Of a DNA stretch of 64,000 bases, positions 47,467-57,072 are shown piece by piece. A model generated the notes under the pieces. It made no database searches. It saw nothing but the letters and a program-made list of their open reading frames with translations, and was not told the origin of the DNA. A program made the translations under genes and the position numbers. Positions within the stretch are counted from its first letter, which is position 1. Each line of letters starts with the position of its first letter. Source of the stretch: Rebecca billardiae RCC1528 (lineage: Eukaryota > Protista > Haptophyta); assembly GCA_965240325.2 (NCBI GenBank), contig OZ251224.1, positions 3,658,001 through 3,722,000 of the forward strand, read 5' to 3'.

Positions 47467-49782
47467 TGGCCCGCGGTGCAGGGCGGAGCGCGCAGCGTGG
47501 AGCCCGCACCAGCGGGCCCGAATGTTCAACGTTTCAAAAAGATCTTTGATCAAGAAAAAAGGGACGGGGGACGATTTTCAGGGCTGGAGGAGACCGAGTT
47601 TCGAATTTTGAGACTCCCTTACAGGTGCATTAGCGTCGAAAAAGGTCGCGCCCACGGCAAGTTCATATTGGAGTGACGCCCGTCCAAAAAACTTCACGCC
47701 CTTTAGGATCCATAACGTAACGAACCGTTACAAGCGATTTTTTCCAGCCAATGAGATTGCCGCAAGGTCATCAAGGAGCGATGACGACGTATCTAGATAG
47801 CCAGCCGGCACCGCGGGCCATTCGTTCATTACTTGTGTGCTGGACTGCGCTTGTTATTAATTCATTACTTGTGTGCTGGACTGCCGCTAGCTTTTGCGGG
47901 TTCTGATCATCAATCACCCAGGGCCCGGTCTGGTCATAAATGAGCCGCCCGCCGTTTATGACGACCCATTCATGTACATGTATGAACAATGGGTCATTAG
48001 ACCGCGTCGTATCTTAAAAAAACCGCTTCACGTTGCACCGCGTCGTATCAATGCTCGTAAATGAAATTCTATTCTACCGCTTCACGTAGTAACCCTGAGA
48101 TGATCATAGATTATTGAAGATGCTCCCGTCAAGTCGTCGCGGCCCCGTCACCGACGCAAAACAACAGAGGTGGGCCCGATCGCACGTGGGTGGGGGGCGA
48201 TGGCAAGCAGCACCTCGACCGGCGACGCCGACCAGGACTACGTTCGCCGCGTATTGAACGCGCTGCTCGACTCGAGGACGGTGACGCGGGTGAACAACAC
48301 CACGTTCCAGAGCACCGCTGCCGCCATCTCCGTCGCCAGGCACAAGCAGACCATCCCCGGCGCCGCGAGCGAGTACGGCGTACGTCAACAAAAGCGATCA
48401 AGCAGCTCCTTGGCCAGGTCCGCAAGGTGCTGGCGGCGGAGGGCGCACTCGGCAGCGGTGGCGCTGCGCGGTTGATCACCGACTTTCGTTCGTGCCCCGC
48501 AGGCGTTCGTCACTCGAGGAGCAGCGCGCAAGGGCGAGCCGAGTCCGGAGCACGCGAGCTCGTCGCTCGCCGCCCGGAGCAGAGCGCGCCGCTGCGAGCG
48601 AGCGGGCGCGGCAGAGCTGATGAGCCGGATGCGCCCGGAGCTCGCGCGGCTGAAGGGCGAGCTCGAGCACGCGAGCTCGCGCCTCGACGCCGAGCGCGAG
48701 CTCCTCCTCAACTCGGTCGACGGCGGCGCGGAGGTGCAGCAGCGTGAGGACGAGCAGGAGCATCAGTGAAACGCGCGCCGGTTCCGGGTCGCGCAGCGGT
48801 GCCCAGCTGCCTGCCACGCGAGCGGCGGCCACGTGGCGCGAGGAGCTGCGTGGGGAAATCGCCGCGCGCGTCGACGCGGCGATCACCGGGCTGCAGGCCT
48901 CGGCAATCGACGCGGTGCGCACCCTCGCCGCCAGCCGCGACGACTCCGCCGTCGAGCTGCAGCAGCTGCGCGCGCAGATGCCAGAAGTGCCGATGGGCGG
49001 CGGCGTATCAGCAGGCTGACGTGCACGAGCACGTGACACGCGGAGGCGCTAGGCGCCAAGCTGGCGAAGTGCGGCGCCGAGCTCGACGAGCTGAGCGACG
49101 CGGCAACGGACGCGCTGGGCGCCCGCGCCGCCATCGTCGCGGCGCCCTCCAGCAGCTCGAGCAGCTGTGGATAGTTGGCCGTCGAGGCGACCGCGGGTGT
49201 GACTCACAGTGTGAGTGAGCCGGCGCGCGGCTCAGCCTGCCGCTGGCAGCCGCCGTCTTCGAGGCCGACGCGGCGGAGGAGGCGGCGGGCGAGCACGGCG
49301 GCGCGGTGGAGCAGGCGCGCACGCGCGGCGGCAGGCGCGACGCGCCGCTCGCCTCGTTCCACCGCCCCGAGCTCCGCTCGGTCGGTCTCGGTGCGAGGCT
49401 GCGCAGCCGGCAGGCCGGGGCCAGCAGTGGCGCGCGCTCTCGCTCTGCCGGCACGAGCGACCAGCGGCCCGTCGTCGAGCGCATGGCGCAGGGCGAGTAC
49501 CTCAAGCAGGTGCGCCCGCTCGCGCGCACGCGCCGGCTCGCGCCGCGCGAGCGCCTCTCGTCCTGCCTGCGCGCGCGCGCCGGCCGCTAGTCCCCGCGGC
49601 GGCCCGCGGACCCGCGGCGACAGTCCTCGGCCCGCCGGCCCGGTGGGCGGCAGTGACTGAGTTGGCGGTGGCAGCTCAGGCGAACTGTTACACATGTCAG
49701 ACTGACACAGCAGCCGACGGAGGGTGCGCCGCGGGCCCCGAACTACGTTCGTTCTACGGAAAAAGACCGCGGAACGCGGTCA
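47467..49782 (+). mobile_element. non-autonomous Helentron/Helitron2-like element, copy E2
   Basis: Same 5' hairpin end at 47467, subterminal inverted motif at 49726-49737, 3' hairpin at 49765-49781. An extra internal inverted motif lies at 47808-47819. Confidence 0.72.
48199..49620 (+). pseudogene. captured gene fragments (frameshifted coiled-coil gene) inside E2
   Basis: MASSTSTGDADQDYVRRVLNALLD..., MSRMRPELARLKGELEHASSRLDAERELLLNSVDGG, EELRGEIAARVDAAITGLQ and QRPVVERMAQGEYLKQ followed by an intron donor. Multiple frameshifts. Confidence 0.65.
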
Positions 49783-50086
49783 TAATTATCATCAACGAAT
49801 ATAAATAATTTACTCGGATCGTTCATCATCGCGTCGTCTGATATGACTGACGATGCTGCGTCCGGCGGTGGCCGTTTCGTGCACGGCATCACGCAATATC
49901 ATCACCTCCGACCTCGGCGGCATCGCCCTCGGTGTTGCAGCCTGCGCCCCGGTGCTGAGTGCTGCGCGCACTGTGCACCGTCAATCAATAACGCCGTGAC
50001 GCCACTCGGACTCGGTCTCGGCCTCGCCGCCAGCGTGAGCGTCACGCGCTGTCCGTCGCAGCGCTGAGTGAAACTGAAAGTCGCAT

Positions 50087-50095
50087 AGAGAGAGA

Positions 50096-50133
<38 letters not shown>

Positions 50134-50200
50134 AGAGAGTAGAGAGAGAGAGAGAGGGAGAGAGAGAGTCTGCTGAGAGACTCATCACTAGAGAGAGAGA
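50087..50200. repeat. imperfect (GA)n microsatellite
   Basis: Long gagaga tracts with small interruptions. Confidence 0.9.
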
Positions 50201-50228
50201 TTACTGTATATATAGATCGAGAGCATTA

Positions 50229-51528
50229 TGGCCCGCGGTGCAGGGCGGAGCGCGCAGCGTGGAGCCCGCACCAGCGGGCCCGAACCACGTTTCAAAAAGA
50301 TCTTTGATCATATCAGCAAGAAAAAAGGGACGGGGGGCGGCGGAAAAAAAGGGACGGGGGGCGATTTTTAGGGCTGGCGGAGACCGAGTTTCGAGTTTTT
50401 GAGATCGCATTGAGAGGTCTATCAGGCCAAAAAAAACCGCGCCCAGCTGATTCCCTTAAGTAAAGTGCGATATATCTGGACGTCAGCTGGACGTGACATT
50501 AGTGTAACGGTTCGTTACGAGCGAATCGTACTCGTCTTCCCGGATCGCGTGACGTCCGGACTGGGCCACATCCGGATCGTCGGAGGTGACGTGCCCCGGC
50601 ACGATGGGCGATGGCGGATATGCGGGACGGCGCCTGCACGTGCCTCCGGACCCGCCTCCCGCTTGCTGCTCACGCAGTCAGCTGCGACCGTGGCGCATGA
50701 TCGCAGAAGCAGTGCCGGCAGTACGGCCTGCATCAGCTAGTGCCGCGCCGTCGTGGCGCGCGCGGTACGGTTGCGCGTTTGCAGCGCTCGCCGGTCGGCG
50801 ACGGCACGCGCGTGCGGCTCAGGTGTGTCAAATGCGGTCTCGTCGGCGCGCTTTCGCCTGCCACCTCGTGCACCCGTGCCGCCAGTTTCATCGTCTTCAT
50901 GAGGACTGCTGCTGCTGTCGCCATCCGCTCTCCATCACCCCGAGTCGCCGGTCGCGCGGCGCGCGCGGTAGGCACTAGGCAGGGCGTACGGTCACTCACC
51001 CGTGCAACGGGTCAAGTGGCCAGAGTACGTCTGGTCGTTGGCTGGCACGGGCCGCAGCGCTAAAGCACCCTGCTGTCACACCCGACTCCTTCAGTACTCC
51101 GAGCTCCGCTGCACGACTCACTCGGCACGATCGCGGACGGGTCGGATCCGAGCTGATCAGCCAGAGTTGGACACAGTTTGGCAGCTACGAGTAGTAATTC
51201 CGATGCCGATGGCACGATCGCGGACGGGTCGGATCCGAGCTGATCAGCCAGTTGGACATTTGGCAGCTAGTTGTCAGACGGACGTCCGATTTGACGACCG
51301 GTGCCGGGTGCGGTCTCAGGTCCGCTGCTGTGATTGTGTGAATAAGTGTGAATGAGTCTCGCGGTCGCGCAGGCAGGGCGACGGTCGGACTAATATAGCT
51401 TCAGTCATCTCAGAACCGACTTCAACTGGCGAACTGCCACTACGGCGGAGAGCCGCGATTGCACGGCCACCGCGGGCCCCCAACTGCGTTGATTCTATGC
51501 AGAAAAGGACCGCGTCAGAACGCGGTCA
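50229..51528 (+). mobile_element. non-autonomous Helentron/Helitron2-like element, copy E3 (different cargo)
   Basis: The 5' ~290 bp is nearly identical to E1. Subterminal motif at 51467-51478; 3' hairpin GACCGCGT-CAGA-ACGCGGTC at 51508-51527. Confidence 0.75.
51124..51270. repeat. direct duplication (period ~87 bp) within E3
   Basis: ggcacgatcgcggacgggtcggatccgagctgatcagccag at 51124 and 51211. Confidence 0.85.
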
Positions 51529-51709
51529 TTAGCAGTAGTTAGAGACAGACGGAGAGACGAGATCGAGAGAGTTACTCTACTGCTGTCTGATATGACCGCG
51601 TTCCGCGGTCCTTCCGTAGAACCAACGCAGTTAGAGGCCCGCGGTGCACCCTCCGTCGGCCGTCGGCTGTCACTGTCAGTCTGACATGTGTAACAGTTCG
51701 CCTGAGGAC

Positions 51710-52840
51710 TGTCGCCGCGCGGGCCGCGCGCGGGGAAGCGGCCGCTGGGGCGGCGCGCGCGCGCAGGGCGAGAGGCGCCGCGCGGCGCGGGCCGGCGCGT
51801 GCGCGCGTGCGGGCGCACCTGCTTGAGGTGCTCGCGCTGCGCCATGCGCTCGACGACGGGCCGCTGGTCGCTCAGCCGGCGCGCCTCGTGCCGGCAGAGC
51901 GAGAGCGCGCGCCACTCGGCTGCCCCGGCCTGCCGCTGCGCAGCCGCGCACCGAGACCGAGCGAGCGGAGCTCGGGGTGGAACGAGGCGAGCGGCGCGTC
52001 GCGCCTGCCGCGGCGCGTGCGCGCCTGCTCCACCGCGCCGCCGTGCTCGCCCGCCGCCTCCTCCGCCGCGTCGGCGGCCTCGAAGACGGCGGCGGCCAGC
52101 CAACGGCAGGCTCGGAGCCTGTGCGCGCTCCTGAACCGGCGCCGATCGCCTCGACGGCCGTCTACTCCGCACAGCTGGCTGCTCGAGCTGCTGCACGGGG
52201 CGTCGCGACGAGGGCGCCGCGCGCGCCCAGCGCGTCCGTCGCCGCGTCGCGCAGCGCGTCGCGCTCGGCGTCGCGCTTCGCCAGCTCGGCGCACAGCGCC
52301 TCCGCGCGCACGTGCTGGCATGCACGGCCTGTCTGTCAGTGTCTGTGTGCCTGTGACGCCGCCCATCTGCGCGCGCAGCTCGGCTGCAGCTCGGCTGCAG
52401 CTCGACGGCGGACTCGTCGCGGCTGGCGGCGAGGGTGCGCAACGCGTCGACGGCCGAGGCCTGCAGCCCGGTGATCGCCGCGTCGACGCGCGCGGCGCAT
52501 TCCCAGCGCAGCTCCTCGCGCTACGTGGCCGCCGCTTGCGTGCAGCAGTGTCTTGCGAGCGTTCGGGACTGGCTGGCTGCTCGTCCTCACGCTGCTGCAC
52601 CTCAGCGCCGCCGTCGACCGAGTTGAGGAGGAGCTCGCGCTCGGCGTCGAGGAGCGAGCTCGCGTGCTCGAGCTCGCCCTTCAGCTGCGCGAACTCCGGG
52701 CGCATCCGGCTCATCTCCGCTGCGTGCTCGGCGCGCTCACTCATCCTCGAAGCGTCCGAGCGACAAGCTCGTGAGCGTGCTCCGGACTCGGCTCGCCCTT
52801 GCGCGCTCCTCCTCGAGCGACGAACACGCCCGCGGGCAGG
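51710..52840 (-). pseudogene. captured coiled-coil gene fragment inside E4
   Basis: MSRMRPEFAQLKGELEHASSLLDAERELLLNSVDGGAEVQQREDEQ and CRHEARRLSDQRPVVERMAQREHLKQ followed by an intron donor. Homologous to the E1 and E2 cargo. Confidence 0.65.
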
Positions 52841-53426
52841 CTGTTGCCCGCCGCCTCCGCCGCGATCTCGCCGCCCCCGCCGCCGCGATCTCGTCGCGCA
52901 TGCTTTGCAGCGGGGCGCTGTGGGCGCGCCGTCGGCACGGCCTGGCGACGGACCGGACCGAGCGAGACGCGCGCGACGCCTCGGGGAGAGCCGGAGCGGA
53001 GCGCGAGGGCGAGAGCAGAGCGCGAGGGGGAGACCAGCGGCCGGCCGGCTCCCGCCACCGCGCGCGCACCGCGGCGTACGCGGCGCCGACACGCACGTCC
53101 CCGGTCAGGGCGCCGCAGCGACGAAGCGAACGCGAACGAGCGAGCGAGCAGCTCGAGAGTCGAGGGCCGTCCGTGCTCGGTCGAATAAGTGAGCGTAGGG
53201 CGCGCGCCTGGCGGCTCCCAGTATCCAACTTATTGCGAATAGGTAGCAAAACTTGATCACTTCCAAGTGCCCGTGTATGGCCTATGTTTCCAGCACCAAG
53301 TGATGCATCGGTAAATAACAGCGCGCCGCGCGCGCACGCAGTACGCCGACATGCAGTAGTTGAGGAGGACCCTGACCATGCACATCAACATGCACTTTCA
53401 AAAGGTTGCGCTTAGGCCCGGTTTGT

Positions 53427-53640
53427 AGGCGGGTAACTTGTTACGTTTTAACAAGCCGCCATAGGCGCCATTCAAAGAATCTCGTTTAACATTAGTGCAC
53501 AGGCGGTTCATCCATCGAGGCAGGCGGGTAATGTGGTTGAACAAGCGCTATTCAAAAGAATCTCTCTTAATATTATAGGGCGGTTCATCCATCGAGACAG
53601 GCGGGTAGGTGTTTAAACAAAGCGCTATTCAGAAGCATCT
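53427..53640. repeat. degenerate tandem repeat (~3 units, 77-95 bp) inside E4
   Basis: aggcgggta...aacaag..attca recurs at 53427, 53522 and 53599; ggcggttcatccatcgag occurs twice. Confidence 0.7.
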
Positions 53641-54265
53641 GGCCTCATAGCTGTTTTCGACCCAAAACAATCAAACGTCGCTCGGCAAACTCGTACTCCA
53701 GCATACAAGAATGACAAAAATACTCACTTGTTTCACCCCCGGGGTATCTGATCCCACGTCCGTCCATCGACTTATGCGGAATGGCGTGGGCGCGCTTATT
53801 TCGTCAAGCGCGTAGTTGCTAATGCAGAGCACTATGGGCCAACGTACCCCTCGAAAAAGCGAAAACTCACCCTCCAACACCCCTCAAAATCGTCCCCCGT
53901 CCCCTTTTCTTTGATCAAAAGATCTTTTTGACAACGTAGTGAGGGCCCCCGGCGGGGCTCCACGCTAAGCGCTCCGCCCTACACCGCGGGCCATGAACCG
54001 TCGTCATCATGGCCCGATCGATGAGCATGCGCGAGTGAATAAAGTTATAAAGCAGCTAGCTGATGACGTTTCTCAATCAGCTACCGGTCAGTAGTCGGGT
54101 TACCAGTGGTCGGATCGGTCATCGGACAAGTCGAGTGCCTGAGCGGTGCCGCGCACGCCGTGATGCCTCAGGGCTCATCACACTGCTCTCAGCAGCAGGC
54201 GCAGCATGTCGTCAAGACTCATCAAATGACGCGCGATGATGATGACGCGACTCTGATTATTCGCG

Positions 54266-56934
54266 TCAATGGTGCAGCTTGGATTTGGCGAGCTGCTCCT
54301 TGCGGTATGACGCAAAGTCCCCGCGATGCTCGTACACCTTGCCGGCGTCCACCACCCAGAGCGTCTCGCACGTGCTGGTGATGAGATGCTCGTCGTGGCT
54401 GACGACCAGCAGGCCGCCCTGTGCGGCGCGGGCAGGGCGCGGGCACCGCGTGGGCGGTGCGCAGGTGTCGCGCGCTCGCTTGCGCGAGCACGGCGATGGC
54501 GCGCGTCGGGGCGGCGCGACGCACGTCAAACTCGTTGATCGCGTGGATCAGCGCCTCGACCGCGTCGAGGTCGAGGTGGTTGGTGGGCCTGCCGGGCCGC
54601 GCGCGCGCGCCGCGCGCGCCGGGGCAGCGCGTCAGCTGCCGTGAGCGCACGCGGCGCGGCGGGCGCGGCGCGGCGGGAGCGCGTGGGCGCGCGCACTCGT
54701 CGAGCAGCAAGATGTGCGGCCGCTGCCACATGATCGTCGCGAGCTCGGCGCGGCTCTTCTGCCCGCCCGAGAGCGTGCGCATCGGCTGCAGCGCCAGGTT
54801 GCCCCCGAGCCCCATCTTGCCGAGGTGCTTGCGGATGTCCATGTTGGTCGCGCCCGGGTGCGCGCGCTGCAGCGCCTCGAGGGGCGTCAGGGAGAGGTCG
54901 AGGCCGTCGACGTGGTGCTGCGCAAAGCGGCCGAGCCGCAGCTTGCCCGAGCGGCGCACGTCGCCCGAGCTCGGCTCGAGCTCGCCGTAGATCACCTTGA
55001 GCAGCGTCGACTTGCCCGCGCCGTTTGGCCCGACCAGCGCGATGCGCGACTCGAGGTCGATGCCCAGGTTCACCTCGGTGAAGATGTTGGGCTGCCCCGG
55101 CGCGTACGCGAACGAGCCGTCGCTCACCTGCAGCACGGGCGGAGCGAGCGGCTCGGGCGACGGGAAGTGGAACTGCAACGACGGGTCCTCGAGCACCTCG
55201 GAGAGGACGGCCATGCGGCCGAGCGCCTTGACGCGCGACTGCACCATGCTCGCGCGCTTCGCGTTCGCGCGGAACTTGTCGATGAACGCCTGCGTGTGCG
55301 CGCGCTGCCGGTCGATCGCCTCGCGCTGCCGCTCGTGCTGCCGCAGCTCCTCGGAGCGCGTCTCTTCAAACGTGTCGTAGTTGCCCTTCCACCGCCGGAT
55401 GTCCTTGTTCTGGAAGTGCAGAATGTCGGTGACCACGCTGTTGAGGAAGGCGCGCGCGTGCGACACCACCACCAGCGTCTTCTCCCACTCCTGCAGGTAC
55501 TCCTCCAGCCACATCACGGCGTGCAGGTCGAGATGGTTTGTCGGCCTGGCGCGCGCGCGCGCGGAGGCGGCGCGAGCGGGAGGCGGCGCGCGCCGCGCCG
55601 CGGCCGTGAGAGGGGCGCGTCGTGCGCATCGGGCCCCGGCGGTGCGGGCGCTCGCGGTGCTGGGTGTGCGCTGCGCGCGTGGGCGCGCGCGTGGGCGCGT
55701 GCTGCGTGCGCGTGCTGCCTGCGCGCGTGCGCGCGCGGCGGCGCCCCGGCGCCCCTGCGCCCCGGCGCCCCGGCGCTCACTCGTCGAGCAGCAGCACATC
55801 AGGCGAGATGAAGAGTGCGCGCGCGAGCGCGACGCGCATGCGCCAGCCGCCGGAGAAGGAGGAGGTGGTGCGCTGCTGCGCGGCCTCGTCGAAGCCGAGC
55901 CCCGCGAGGATCGACGCCGCGCGCGCGGGCGCCGAGTCCGCGTCGATCTCCATCAGCCGCTCCCAGACCTCGCGCAGCCGGTCCGCGCGGTCGGCGGCGA
56001 CCTCGTCGTCGTCGTCGTCCTCGTGCTCGGCCTGCAGCTCCGCCTCCTCGGCGAGCAGCGCGGCGCGCTCGGCGTCGGTGGCGAGCACGCACTCGAGCAC
56101 GCTCGCGCTGCCCCCGGGCACCTCCTGCTCGATGTGCAGCACCTGCAGGTGCGCGGGGATCCCGCCGAAGCGCTTGGCGGCGAGGTACTTGAGCAGCGTC
56201 GTCTTCCCGATGCCGTTCCGCCCGATCAGACCGTACCGCCGCCCGAAGACGAGGGTGAAGCTGGCGCCGGAGAGGAGCTCGAGCGCGCCGAGCTGCATGC
56301 TCACGTCGCGCAGCATGATGTCCGACGTGCCCTGCCGCCCCTTCCGCCAGTGCAGCACGACGGGCTCGGTGGTGAGCGCCTGCAGCGTCTCGTCGCGCTG
56401 CATCGACCGAGTCTTCTCGCGCCGCAGCCCGCGCCGGTCGAGCTTGGCCTGCCGCTTCTCCATCTTGAGCCGGCGGGCCATCGCCTCCTCGGACTCGTCG
56501 TCGATCAGCGTGTTCGAGCCGCGCGACATCATCGACGAGTTGAAGTTCACCTTCACCGGGATCGCCTCCTTGAGCGACTCGCTGATCTCGGCCTCCATGC
56601 TCTTCAGGCCGTCGTTCAGCTTCAGCGGCACGCTGAGCTCGTCGGCCGCGGTGGCGGGATCGGCGGCGGTGGCGGAGGCGGAGGCGACGGGCCCCCCGCC
56701 GCCATTTCGCGCCTCGCGCGCGCCGCGGATGATCGCGCGGCACAGGTGGTTGATCTCGCCGCCGTCGAGCGAGAGGCAATCGTCGAGCAGCGGCGCGATC
56801 GCGTCGATCACGTCGTCCTCGTCCTGGCCCTCGTCGAGCGCGTCGTCGACGCTGCCGCAGACGTATTCGAGCACGGCATCGTCAACGTCCGCGTTCGTCG
56901 GGAGGAGCGCGCGCGCGACCGCCGTGGTGGTCAT
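54266..56934 (-). CDS. ABCF3: ABC transporter F family member (ABCF3/GCN20-like)
   Basis: Exons 56934-55781, 55545-54697, 54588-54525, 54418-54266. Two NBDs (GRNGIGKT, FSGGWRMR, LLLDEPTNHLD; GPNGAGKST, LSGGQKSR) and no TM domain. Confidence 0.9.
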
Positions 56935-57072
56935 CGTCCCTCCACCCGGCTCTAGCGGCGGAGCACGCGGCCGGCCGTCGCCGCCATCGTCGTCGACTTT
57001 CGAGCCGCGTCGCTGGCTGTGCCACGCCGCCCGGACCAGCGCCGGCGGCCACCGGCCCGACTCGTGATCATC

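Larger units (their letters stand above)
51593..53993 (-). mobile_element. non-autonomous Helentron/Helitron2-like element, copy E4 (tail-to-tail with E3)
   Basis: Reverse strand. 5' end TGGCCCGCGGTGTAGGGCGGAGCG at 53993, subterminal motif at 51636-51647, 3' hairpin at 51594-51610. Confidence 0.75.

Noticed and set aside
47826-48090. CRISPR-like repeat-spacer appearance
   Set aside because: Only two-copy local duplications with irregular spacing, in a eukaryotic context with no cas genes.
47467-53993. Autonomous Rep/helicase, Fanzor/TnpB or transposase ORF within the elements
   Set aside because: No HUH, helicase Walker, RuvC or DDE motifs were found; the cargo is a frameshifted coiled coil.
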